Notes under the pieces: generated by a model | The model's database searches: none | Told to the model about the DNA's origin: nothing | The model's input: the letters and a program-made list of their open reading frames with translations, nothing else | Position numbers and translations under genes: made by a program | Origin: an uncultured virus (IMG/VR IMGVR_UViG_3300037225_000630) | Taxonomy: Duplodnaviria > Heunggongvirae > Uroviricota > Caudoviricetes | Virus record (IMG/VR): IMGVR_UViG_3300037225_000630 | Length of the DNA stretch: 56,439 nt | Strand: one strand, 5' to 3' | In this document: piece after piece, positions 36,358 through 45,589 of the stretch | Numbering within the stretch: the stretch's first letter is position 1 | How the letters are laid out: each line of letters opens with the position of its first letter

Positions 36358-37401
36358 TTACGATATTCTTATCGCTGAATAAGTCATAGTGCTGCTGGCC
36401 ATCCCACCATATTGAACATAGCTACCTGATGCTCTAACAGTACCATCACCACCATTTATTTGTATTACTGTTACCGTTGCTGTGCAGTTTACATAATAGT
36501 ACATATCATATCTATTTACACCAGCAGACGACACAGCAATTATAAATCCAGATTGCCCTGCTGTAGGGGCAAACCAGTTTACCCAAGTAACAGAAGTAAT
36601 TCCAGTCACTTGATAAGTATAAAAAGAACCTGTAGCTGAGATGTTGCCTGTATCATCAAGTGTGGCTATTACAGCACTGTACGCACTGTTGATAACCTCC
36701 AATCCGCCTATGTAGTTTACTCGTAAAAACTTATTACCATTTGTCACACCTGTTAAAGTATTACCAATTGCTATATTCGGGGAAACCCCAGGGCCACCAT
36801 ATACGCCGCCCATGCCAAGATACCCGTATTGAGTTGTTACATACAGGGATGATGTTGATGGAGTATACGTCAAATACGCAGATGATTTCAACGACTGATT
36901 TGCTGTAGCAGCGCCAAAATAAGGATAATATGTAGTACCAGAAACATCAGCAGTAATAGTTGCAGTAGTAGCATTTACAGAAGTCAAACCACTCCCATTA
37001 CCATAATAGCTACCACCAACAAAGTTTGTTGCTGATAAAGTTCCAGTAGAGGGAACATATGATAAATTAGTAGAGGATTTCAACGATTGATTTGCGGTAG
37101 CACCACCAAAATAAGGATAATACGTAGTAGCAGAAACATCAGCAGTAATAGTTGCAGTAGTAGCATTTACAGAAGTCAAACCACTCCCATTACCATAATA
37201 GCTACCACCACAATAAATATTATTAGTAACCGATAATGTATCTGAAGGGTAGGTAGAAGGAAAATAACTTTGTATATAGTTAAGGAGACTATTACATACG
37301 AGAGTCCAGTATTGTTGTGCTGACGAAGAGGATGTAGTATTTTTAGATAAATTATTGGCTATAATAGTGCCTAATAATGATCCGGTTAAATCTAATGCCA
37401 T
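36358..37401 (-). CDS. Tail fibre-like protein
   Basis: G/S/T-rich, YYGNGSGLT and LSYVPSTGTLSATNF fibre motifs, internal duplication; true start MALDL at 37401. Confidence 0.8.
   Translation of the reverse strand: MALDLTGSLLGTIIANNLSKNTTSSSSAQQYWTLVCNSLLNYIQSYFPSTYPSDTLSVTNNIYCGGSYYGNGSGLTSVNATTATITADVSATTYYPYFGGATANQSLKSSTNLSYVPSTGTLSATNFVGGSYYGNGSGLTSVNATTATITADVSGTTYYPYFGAATANQSLKSSAYLTYTPSTSSLYVTTQYGYLGMGGVYGGPGVSPNIAIGNTLTGVTNGNKFLRVNYIGGLEVINSAYSAVIATLDDTGNISATGSFYTYQVTGITSVTWVNWFAPTAGQSGFIIAVSSAGVNRYDMYYYVNCTATVTVIQINGGDGTVRASGSYVQYGGMASSTMTYSAIRIS
36884..37210. repeat. Direct repeat within the fibre gene (192-nt period)
   Basis: 36884-37018 and 37076-37210; the 80-bp cores 36939-37018 and 37131-37210 are identical. 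Confidence 0.9.
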
Positions 37402-37409
37402 AGTATACC

Positions 37410-38483
37410 TTATAATGCCATAGATTCTTCCAATGTTGCTACAGCAGTACCTGCCCCCACTCCAGGGGTGAGAGATGCCATAAAACCAATAGGAGAAGTT
37501 CCGGGAGGAACCCCTGTAGCAAATCCCTGTAAAGGGTTTGTAGGGAGAATAATGGTATCGCATTTGGATAAATCTAATACAAGGGTTTCCAGGGCTATTG
37601 AAGTTGGAGATGCAATAGTCAGAGGCCCACTACAGGCTAATGTTATTACTCCTGCTTGAACTGCTATAGTATAACTCCCTGCTAATACTTGTTGTGCGTC
37701 TGTGCCTAACATAACTGTTCTATGACAACTACCAACCACTGTTTCATTATATGTCTTTCCTACAATAGAATCAAAATCCCCTGATGTATGTATAGATAAA
37801 GGTGAAGCTCCCGTAACCAAGGACATTCCTCCACCCGAATTCAGGGTAATCATACCTGAAGCATCTATTCGTTTTGAAGATAAATTTTCAGTACTGCCAT
37901 TAGCATCTAAAGAATGGTCACCATTAATGTATTGTGTAACGGATTTTCCTCCCATATATACATCCCCTACTGAGGATACAGTGAGAGTAAAATTACCGTT
38001 GGTACAATAGATAGAACCGTCAGAGCCATAAAGGTAGACTATATTTGTATTATATATTTGTCCTGCGGTTCCAGTAGAAACATTACTGAATGTAATATAA
38101 GTATCTGATAGCTTTTGAATAGAAATTTCATTTATGGCACTTTGCTCCATATCAGCATTAAGTTCTGCATTATTTATTAATGCTATAAATGAGGTTATAT
38201 CCTCTCCTGCGGGTGGTTGTGCTGGCCCTAAAATAAACCCAACATGGTAATCATCATCACAAACTAACCATACCGGGTCCCCAGGCTGATAACAGATATC
38301 ATTATTTTTAAAGAAATTTGGATAACGAGGAAGTAAGTAGTTACCATTAACATCCTTGTCATTAATATCATTCATATCAGGTAGAACCTTAACTTGAAAA
38401 TAGTTAGGCCCATAGGTAGGTTGGGCTTTATCAAGTAAATGCCTGCTATCTACAACAACACCGAGTTTTAATAAATAATCCAT
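37410..38483 (-). CDS. Baseplate spike protein (gp5/VgrG-like)
   Basis: N-terminal OB-like LGVVVD..QVKVLP..PGDPVW followed by short beta-repeat region. Confidence 0.7.
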   Translation of the reverse strand: MDYLLKLGVVVDSRHLLDKAQPTYGPNYFQVKVLPDMNDINDKDVNGNYLLPRYPNFFKNNDICYQPGDPVWLVCDDDYHVGFILGPAQPPAGEDITSFIALINNAELNADMEQSAINEISIQKLSDTYITFSNVSTGTAGQIYNTNIVYLYGSDGSIYCTNGNFTLTVSSVGDVYMGGKSVTQYINGDHSLDANGSTENLSSKRIDASGMITLNSGGGMSLVTGASPLSIHTSGDFDSIVGKTYNETVVGSCHRTVMLGTDAQQVLAGSYTIAVQAGVITLACSGPLTIASPTSIALETLVLDLSKCDTIILPTNPLQGFATGVPPGTSPIGFMASLTPGVGAGTAVATLEESMAL

Positions 38484-38680
38484 TATTCTACCTTGAATGT
38501 AGCATTACGAGGAATTACATGATTATTGTAGTAGATAGACTCCTGTAATACATTAGGTTCATGAGGAGCACTACTATTCATAGCGCCTCCTCCTGGGGGC
38601 ATTGGGGCACCTACAGGAGAGTTGAAATTAGTATCTTCATTTGAATCTGATAAATAGTCTTCGCTTTTAACTGCTTCCAT
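38483..38680 (-). CDS. Small hypothetical protein
   Basis: Coupled to the spike gene; ACTAATT upstream. Confidence 0.5.
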   Translation of the reverse strand: MEAVKSEDYLSDSNEDTNFNSPVGAPMPPGGGAMNSSAPHEPNVLQESIYYNNHVIPRNATFKVE

Positions 38681-38717
38681 GCTAACCCCACTATACAATT
38701 AGTGGAATTAGCATATT

Positions 38718-38921
38718 TTAATATCTGTTTGTTATTACGCTTAATACCTGTCTATAGGCTTCCTCGGCAGCCTCTTTTGAATCATAAATAGGACTTTTTA
38801 TTACTCCTCCAGGAGTTAATACCTGAAAATAATATCCATCCTCGATATGAGAGGTTTTCCCCTCCATATTCCCTACACCTATGATTGCTGAATCATGAAT
38901 ATACCATTCCCCTAACGTCAT
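38718..38921 (-). CDS. Hypothetical protein
   Basis: ATGA coupling. Confidence 0.65.
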   Translation of the reverse strand: MTLGEWYIHDSAIIGVGNMEGKTSHIEDGYYFQVLTPGGVIKSPIYDSKEAAEEAYRQVLSVITNRY

Positions 38922-39385
38922 TGCTGCATCCCCGCTTCAGCTCTGATATTAGAGCTAAGAGTAGATAGTATAAACTGGTGAGATTTCCACATATCAATCA
39001 GCCCAGATAGAAAATCCACTTTACTTTCTTTTTCTAAATATGTATTACGCTGTGCTTGGTATTCATCAGGATTTAGAGAAATAACTATATGTTCGATTTC
39101 TTTGGTAGATGCCCACTTCTGTGCTGTAAGCTCTGGCTTGTTTACCTCGCCTCGAACAGCAACATATTTCGCTGAATACCATGCATTATACCTTTCTTTC
39201 TCTCTCTGTAAGTCTATACGAGCTATATTATACATAGAAAGTAAAGATATATACACTTGAGAATAACCTTTAAGTGCGTGCTCTAGTTCAATAAAACTAA
39301 TTTCTTTATCAGTTCCAAGGCGAGTTGCTTCTTTCATAGAAGCAATTTGCTCTTGAACAAATTGGAGAAAAGTGTCTGATTCCAT
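38918..39385 (-). CDS. UvsY-like recombination mediator
   Basis: Long helical protein with the Y..K...E.KVDFL......W....L pattern, near recA. Confidence 0.5.
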   Translation of the reverse strand: MESDTFLQFVQEQIASMKEATRLGTDKEISFIELEHALKGYSQVYISLLSMYNIARIDLQREKERYNAWYSAKYVAVRGEVNKPELTAQKWASTKEIEHIVISLNPDEYQAQRNTYLEKESKVDFLSGLIDMWKSHQFILSTLSSNIRAEAGMQQ

Positions 39386-39413
39386 TGTATACCTCTAAGA
39401 GAAATATACTACA

Positions 39414-39683
39414 TTAAGTTGTAACTGTCAAGGTAGTACCAGAACTTACAGATATATTTGCTAAATTAGTTGTGGCAGTACACCAAGGGCTCCTGAAATA
39501 AGTAGGATAAAGCGGAATATATGGATATGCAGGTTGAGGATAAATAGGATAAGGAATATAAGTAGGATTTTTACTATCAAATAATTCTTTAAGCTTAAAA
39601 TATAACTCCTTAGCTGCATCTTTATCCAGTATTATTTTTGTCCCATCAATGTCAAGTCCAATAGTCTCAATTTCTACACTCAT
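39414..39683 (-). CDS. Hypothetical protein with PY-rich tail
   Basis: SD AAGGAG; AKELYFKLKELF..PYPIYP. Confidence 0.7.
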   Translation of the reverse strand: MSVEIETIGLDIDGTKIILDKDAAKELYFKLKELFDSKNPTYIPYPIYPQPAYPYIPLYPTYFRSPWCTATTNLANISVSSGTTLTVTT

Positions 39684-39694
39684 TCTAACTCCTT

Positions 39695-40171
39695 TTATAG
39701 CCCCGGCTTATACGCATCAAAAATAGTTTTAGTAATACTCAACTGAAAATCTAATGCGTTTATCTTATCATTTAGTGTAAGTAGGCTTTTACCTACTTCC
39801 TCAATATTTGTAGCATTGATTATTATACTACCATATTCCTTTCGTAGAGAATTTATATCCTCTTCTAATAACATCATACCCTCAAAAAATTTTATAAGAT
39901 GCTCTCTACCCACCTGTATTGTTGCTTTCATGTTTCGTTCCTTTATTGTTTCTGTTATAATTTTTTCTAAATATATATTATATTCAGGAGACTCAGCAAA
40001 TGAACCTGGGCTTGCTTGGGTAAGAATAGTGATGGGTTGAGATAAAGTTTCAGCCATCATTTTATCTTTAGCTATTTGAGGAATCTGGGGAGTGTATACT
40101 CCTACTAACGCCTTTCCTTGAGCATAAGTGATAAGCTGATTTATTTTATTTATAACTAAATCATCTTCCAT
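39695..40171 (-). CDS. Hypothetical protein
   Basis: Coupled to recA. Confidence 0.72.
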   Translation of the reverse strand: MEDDLVINKINQLITYAQGKALVGVYTPQIPQIAKDKMMAETLSQPITILTQASPGSFAESPEYNIYLEKIITETIKERNMKATIQVGREHLIKFFEGMMLLEEDINSLRKEYGSIIINATNIEEVGKSLLTLNDKINALDFQLSITKTIFDAYKPGL

Positions 40172-41265
40172 TAATCCTCCTCAGGGATTTCCTCATCGTC
40201 TTCCTCTTCAGCAGTTTCTCCTTCATCCAACACATTATAAGTAGAGAAAAGTCCATTTACTTGTTTTTTAGCTTCCTCAAACTTTTCTGGTTGTTCATAG
40301 AGTAAAGGCAATATCTTATCCACCCCTTGAACTTTGAGTCCATACTCATCAGAATAATACCAGCCACCCTTCTTCTCTATTAACCCTAACTGAATCATGA
40401 ATTCTATATATTCAAAATCGGAATTAAAACCAGAAGCATAATACAAGTCTAAAGAGGCTGAACGCTTAGGGTATCCTATCTTAGATTTTGTATTCTTTAT
40501 AGTTATTTTATTACCTATAACCTCTTTGCCATTTAGTATATCTTCACCTTTAGATAATCTAGCTCGCCACGATGCGTAGAATCGTGGTGCATATCCGCAA
40601 CCGGAAGGCGCATCTTTAGACTGATGCCCAAAAGCACCAATACGTGCTCTCATTTGAGTTAGCATTATCATTGGAGTATCAAATCTAAACATATATGGAT
40701 TCAGTTTTTTCATACCATCTCCAAACATTTTAGCAGCACCACCAAAAGAAGCCTTACCCGCATCATCCTCCATTGCTGCTTTTGTTGCTATTGTAGAGGT
40801 AGAATCAAATATGATTAATCCTATTTCTCCTGTTTTAGTCAAATCTTCCATAATAGTGAATGCCTCTTCACCATTAAGAGGATGAATCAAAATGAATTTA
40901 TCATCATTAGTATCTAGCCCTACATTTTCTGCATACTTTCTATCAAAGGTGTGCTCTGAATCTACATATAAAACTATTCTTTGTCCTTCCTTATCAGTTC
41001 TTTTCTGTATCTGTCCACCAATATAAGAACTGAATATGGATTTTCCACTACTTTCACTACCATATAGTTCTATGGACCTATTCAAAGGATACCCACCACC
41101 AAAAATATAGTTTGCTTTAGGGGAATTTAATATCACCCTATGAATAGTCCCCGCCTCCTCTATAGAAGGTAAAGATTTTCCATATGTTACTCGTAAATCA
41201 GTAATAGTTTTAAGAATTTGTGATGTCTGCTTTTCTTCTTCAGTCTGTTCTTTGCGTTTAGCCAT
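40171..41265 (-). CDS. recA: RecA/UvsX recombinase
   Basis: GGGYP..IELYGSESSGKS, YVDSEH, IIFDS, TQMRARIG, FYAS.R, KGGWY. Confidence 0.93.
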   Translation of the reverse strand: MAKRKEQTEEEKQTSQILKTITDLRVTYGKSLPSIEEAGTIHRVILNSPKANYIFGGGYPLNRSIELYGSESSGKSIFSSYIGGQIQKRTDKEGQRIVLYVDSEHTFDRKYAENVGLDTNDDKFILIHPLNGEEAFTIMEDLTKTGEIGLIIFDSTSTIATKAAMEDDAGKASFGGAAKMFGDGMKKLNPYMFRFDTPMIMLTQMRARIGAFGHQSKDAPSGCGYAPRFYASWRARLSKGEDILNGKEVIGNKITIKNTKSKIGYPKRSASLDLYYASGFNSDFEYIEFMIQLGLIEKKGGWYYSDEYGLKVQGVDKILPLLYEQPEKFEEAKKQVNGLFSTYNVLDEGETAEEEDDEEIPEED

Positions 41266-42023
41266 TATTTCTCCTCATACTTCTCTCCTTCTATATCAAA
41301 CTCATTATAAATGAGTCTATCTAAAAATGCTAGTTCTGGTGTCTTTCTATCATAGGTAATAAAATTATATATAGTTTTAGGCTGATCAAGATACATAAAG
41401 TCATGTAATATAGTATAATTAAATAATTTTTTATTATACTTTACTCTCCAATAATTACGTAATTCCCCATAAAGGGCTGTATTCCATTCAAAGCCCCCTT
41501 TAGCTTTCATATAGTCCTGCCATACATACATAAACCATAATAATTGCTTTGGGATATTACCACCACGTTCTTGAGTTAGTTTCCAGGAGAATATTAGAGC
41601 TGAATTCAATTCCTTGTAAAACTTATCTTGCTGAATTTTCTTCTCTTCCCTAGACACTATATATTTCTTAGGAACAGGGGTTTCCATTATAATGAGAATA
41701 TTTTCAGTATGAATTTTAAAATATCGTTTAGGGGGAGACCCTGATATTCGTACTGAAAGTAAATGTTTACTTTCTAGCCCTTTTATTGCCGAGCGCTGGT
41801 AATATTCACTAATACCACATAGTTTTTCTAAGTCGTCTATTGTTTGAAAAAAATAACCATCAGAGGTGAGTAATTTACAATCATAAAAATATTTATAGAA
41901 TGATAAAAATTTAGATAAAATAATAGCCTCATAGGCATTTCCTCCTAATCCTCGTAACATTCTATCATTTATCAATGTATATGCAGATGAACTTAAATTA
42001 GATACAATATCTTCATTAGTCAT
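41265..42023 (-). CDS. Winged-helix replication initiator-like protein
   Basis: EAIILS..DGYFFQTIDDLEKLCGISEYYQRSAIKGL..GSPPKRYFKI. Confidence 0.65.
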   Translation of the reverse strand: MTNEDIVSNLSSSAYTLINDRMLRGLGGNAYEAIILSKFLSFYKYFYDCKLLTSDGYFFQTIDDLEKLCGISEYYQRSAIKGLESKHLLSVRISGSPPKRYFKIHTENILIIMETPVPKKYIVSREEKKIQQDKFYKELNSALIFSWKLTQERGGNIPKQLLWFMYVWQDYMKAKGGFEWNTALYGELRNYWRVKYNKKLFNYTILHDFMYLDQPKTIYNFITYDRKTPELAFLDRLIYNEFDIEGEKYEEK

Positions 42024-43053
42024 TAAACCTCCTCACAACTTTTTTCTCTTCCATTGGATGACTTAGTATAAATTGAGTAAACTTACTTATGATATAGGAT
42101 TTTCTCAAGAAGGGCTGGGAAGAAATATCATCAAAAACCTGTAATAGATCATTGTATCTAGAATTAGGATAAACAGCATAAGTAGTTTTAGATAGCATAT
42201 TATAAGTATAGTCAAAAATACTTATAAAGTCAACCTCTTCAAAAGCATTAAAGAATTTAGTGTCTCCATTTACTAATAATTCAATAAGATTAAATGTTTG
42301 TCGTTCATCTATTATCCCTACATTCTGTTGTATTAACTCTAACGTCCAATATTCCCCTATTAGACATTTATCTAATGCCTGTACTGCTGCTCGTAAAGAG
42401 CCTTCCGAAGATTCCGCAATTGCCTTCAGTCCCTCTACCTTGAAAGAATTAGGAATAGTATCAGATTCCCATAGATTCTTTTTTTCTAATATAGACTTTA
42501 ACGCATACATTATATTTATTACAGTAAATCTTTGTAGATTAAAGACTTGGCATCTACTCTGAATTTCCATAGGTAATCCAGTACTAACCATAGATAGCAG
42601 AATAAAATATACATTATCTTTAGGCTTCTCTAGCACTTTTAATAAGGCTGATTTTGCTTTTGCTGATAGTTGATCTGATTCCTCAATAATAATAATAGTA
42701 TTATTATCATACATAGGAGATATATTTATGGCTGATGTTATATCAATCACATCGTCTTTTCCTGATTGAGAGCCATCAAGCCTATGTGTATCTCTATGAA
42801 AATCTTCACTTTTAATAGACTTACATGATGGGCATTCACCACAAGGATTTCCTTCAATATCCGGGGATTGACAATTTATAGCCATGGCTATAATTTGTGC
42901 TATAGTTGTTTTGCCTGTGCCTGTAGGCCCTTTTAGTAACATAGCCTGTGGCCAGTGGTGTGTAGATTGCTGATGTAGAAGTTCTTTAATAACATTATTC
43001 TGACCAAAGACATCTTTCAAAAGCCGAGGACGTTGAGATATTGATAGTTGCAT
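42016..43053 (-). CDS. dnaX: Clamp loader, DNA polymerase III gamma/tau-like
   Basis: RP..DVFGQ, GPTGTGKTT, C..PCGECPSC, LLKVLEKP, IQSRC, GSLRAA. Confidence 0.9.
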   Translation of the reverse strand: MQLSISQRPRLLKDVFGQNNVIKELLHQQSTHHWPQAMLLKGPTGTGKTTIAQIIAMAINCQSPDIEGNPCGECPSCKSIKSEDFHRDTHRLDGSQSGKDDVIDITSAINISPMYDNNTIIIIEESDQLSAKAKSALLKVLEKPKDNVYFILLSMVSTGLPMEIQSRCQVFNLQRFTVINIMYALKSILEKKNLWESDTIPNSFKVEGLKAIAESSEGSLRAAVQALDKCLIGEYWTLELIQQNVGIIDERQTFNLIELLVNGDTKFFNAFEEVDFISIFDYTYNMLSKTTYAVYPNSRYNDLLQVFDDISSQPFLRKSYIISKFTQFILSHPMEEKKVVRRFND

Positions 43054-43099
43054 TGGAGCCTCTAGAGAGGAGAATACAACAAAAAAAAGGAAAAGTCAA

Positions 43100-44431
43100 C
43101 TAGTCCGTAGGAGCAGTAAATAGTAGGGATACAGTGTCAGGGTCAGTATAACTTAAACATGAAGTTTCTAGGGTAAGCTCTGTTCTACATACAATACCTT
43201 GAAATACATGAGTTACTTCTGAAATAATATAGTCTTTTTGGGTAAACAGGGAAGAGCTAGTTTGATCTTTTGTTAATAAATTCAGATTACACAATCGCCC
43301 TGCTTTAACAAATAAATTTGGCATACAAATTAAAGTAAATTTATGGGCATCTCGAAGGTCTTTATTATACTCATTGAACTTCATAGACTGTATATCATCA
43401 AAATCATGCATAGTATCATCAATGTATAGTTTAGTTATAGCACCCATACCTTTATTTTTATTTACATAGCTGAAGCTATTAGCCTTATCATATCCTAATA
43501 TAGGTAGCATAGGCGTATCATAATAAGATTTTATATATGTTTTTTGCCTACCGAAATAAGCTAAAGCTGGAGATAAAACATCCCATAGGTTTTGTTTATT
43601 CCCTTTATTTATTTTTAATATATTACTATTAGGAAATATCATTAATTTTATTAAATTTGGGTCCGCCATCCAGTCTGCATATGCTGAAAATTGGGGATCA
43701 GAATAATCAATAGCTATATAAGTATCAAGCCCGGCCATATCGCTAAAACAGCATATATCAAAGACATTATCTATATTAGTAAACATAAAAGAAGAACTAT
43801 TACCAATACCTCTATAGTATTTTCGCAATCGAATATCTATAAAATCTCCTTGTTTCATCATAGTACGGTAACGATTAGCAGGGGGGTCTGCTGAAGAAGA
43901 GGATACTCTATTTCCTAGAGCACTGATGTTCGTTCCTCCTATTCTTAAATCTGATAGAGCACTACTACCATATAAATTATCATTTGTAAATATCTGTGAA
44001 ACAATGGAAGGTATGTTACCATAATAAGTATGGGAATCTAAATATTGTTGAAAATACCAAGGAGAGATTAAGGTAAGACTAAACTGATTACCTAATGTAG
44101 TAGCAGATAATCCTGCTCCCGATTGTATTGATAATACACATAGGGTTAGTTCAACGGAGTCATTTGACATGGCAGGGAAAAAGGTAAATTTAATAGGACT
44201 ACCAATAGTAATATTATTTTGAGATACAATATCTAACAAGTCAGAAGAAGCTGTAAACCCCCATTCTGCCATTAAATAGGTGTTATAGGCACTTACTTGT
44301 AGTATCAATTTATTTGTAGCAGTATCTATATTGCTTAAAGTAGTGAGGTCGCCAGAGGATAATAATAATTGTGCTATCCAAGGAATTTGAGACTGTATAG
44401 CCCCTGTACTACCACTATATTCATCAGGCAT
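43100..44431 (-). CDS. Baseplate hub protein (gp27-like)
   Basis: Position in the module and C-terminal YIISEVTHVF...TELTL pattern. Confidence 0.6.
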   Translation of the reverse strand: MPDEYSGSTGAIQSQIPWIAQLLLSSGDLTTLSNIDTATNKLILQVSAYNTYLMAEWGFTASSDLLDIVSQNNITIGSPIKFTFFPAMSNDSVELTLCVLSIQSGAGLSATTLGNQFSLTLISPWYFQQYLDSHTYYGNIPSIVSQIFTNDNLYGSSALSDLRIGGTNISALGNRVSSSSADPPANRYRTMMKQGDFIDIRLRKYYRGIGNSSSFMFTNIDNVFDICCFSDMAGLDTYIAIDYSDPQFSAYADWMADPNLIKLMIFPNSNILKINKGNKQNLWDVLSPALAYFGRQKTYIKSYYDTPMLPILGYDKANSFSYVNKNKGMGAITKLYIDDTMHDFDDIQSMKFNEYNKDLRDAHKFTLICMPNLFVKAGRLCNLNLLTKDQTSSSLFTQKDYIISEVTHVFQGIVCRTELTLETSCLSYTDPDTVSLLFTAPTD

Positions 44432-44748
44432 TATACTTTTCCTTGTGAGGCTATGAAAGAATTAAGATCGCTTAACACTGGGAACTTAATTTGTGTTTCT
44501 TCATAAAGCAAAGATACATGAAAAACATTACATACATTAAATACTATATCATCGTTATTCGCAGAACCATAGTATGCTTGACAAAATATATAAGGTTTTT
44601 GTTGTAATTGTGAATTAGGAACAACAATATAGGGAGGATTAGCATAAGTAAAATCTCCAAAGTTAACAGATAATGTATCAGGATAATTCTGAGAGTCTAC
44701 AGAATCACTCGTAACCCCTGCATTCATTAAATCATAGCGAGACTGCAT
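44431..44748 (-). CDS. LysM-like baseplate wedge protein (gp53/tail X-like)
   Basis: KPYIFCQAYYGS..IVFNVCNV..LYEETQIKFP. Confidence 0.65.
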   Translation of the reverse strand: MQSRYDLMNAGVTSDSVDSQNYPDTLSVNFGDFTYANPPYIVVPNSQLQQKPYIFCQAYYGSANNDDIVFNVCNVFHVSLLYEETQIKFPVLSDLNSFIASQGKV

Positions 44749-45587
44749 TATTTACTCCTATATAAATTTGTAAAATCAGAGCTTGTAAGTATATCCTGAG
44801 TTTTAAAAGTTAAATTTAAATCTCCCGAGATAGGGTAGGAAGAACTTTCAAGGGTGCTTGAGAATGCATAAGATGCTTGAGTACAATTTAAATTTGTATA
44901 CCCCATATACCTATTAAATCTAGTTCCGTTACCCCCTGATGCCCACCCAAACTCTACTTTCCACATCCCTCCACCAAAAAGAATATTAGAAGCAGTAGTT
45001 CCTATCTTTACTGCTACTCCGTTTTGATTTTTAGACTGAGCAGCTGTAGCGTCCTGCCCTATAGTCTGTAAGCTCTTCCCAACAGTTCCTGATGCTAGTC
45101 CCATTCCCACAAGACTCCCTGCAAAAAGAGCAAAGCAATCTATAGCATTTGGACCTGGAGCAGTTAAAATAGGACCTATATCATAAGGCACAGTACATGA
45201 CATTATATTCATAATAGGAACAAATACTTCTGATTTAGCATCCCAAGCATTATTCATCCCCCTGAAGAATTTTAATTTTATAGAAAACGTAGCAGGTTCC
45301 TCTCCTGCCCATGCTTGAGAATAGTATAGCTTAGTAAATATTTTAATACCAAACATATCAGATAAAAATTCAACACCCTTGAGAACTTTTCCTGCTGTGG
45401 TGCTTACTGTTTCTGTTAAGTTTTCTACCATTTCTCCTAATGCTTCGTAAGCCTCTTTAATAGGCATTCTATATTGTTGCTCTACAGATATACCATTTTC
45501 TCCCTCATAAGGGACATACCACTCCACCGCCTTCCCTGAAGGGGAGCTTGATTTAGATAGATGTATATAACTTCCACTTAAATTCAT
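44748..45587 (-). CDS. Tail tube initiator-like protein (gp48/54-like)
   Basis: Position between tape measure and LysM genes; YPISGDLNLTFKT. Confidence 0.5.
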   Translation of the reverse strand: MNLSGSYIHLSKSSSPSGKAVEWYVPYEGENGISVEQQYRMPIKEAYEALGEMVENLTETVSTTAGKVLKGVEFLSDMFGIKIFTKLYYSQAWAGEEPATFSIKLKFFRGMNNAWDAKSEVFVPIMNIMSCTVPYDIGPILTAPGPNAIDCFALFAGSLVGMGLASGTVGKSLQTIGQDATAAQSKNQNGVAVKIGTTASNILFGGGMWKVEFGWASGGNGTRFNRYMGYTNLNCTQASYAFSSTLESSSYPISGDLNLTFKTQDILTSSDFTNLYRSK

Positions 45588-45589
45588 AA

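Noticed and set aside
36884..37210. DGR template/variable repeat
   Set aside because: Both copies are in-frame in one gene, differences are not adenine-specific, and there is no reverse transcriptase in the window
37402..37563. N-terminal extension of the fibre ORF
   Set aside because: Overlaps the spike gene; the coupled start at 37401 fits better
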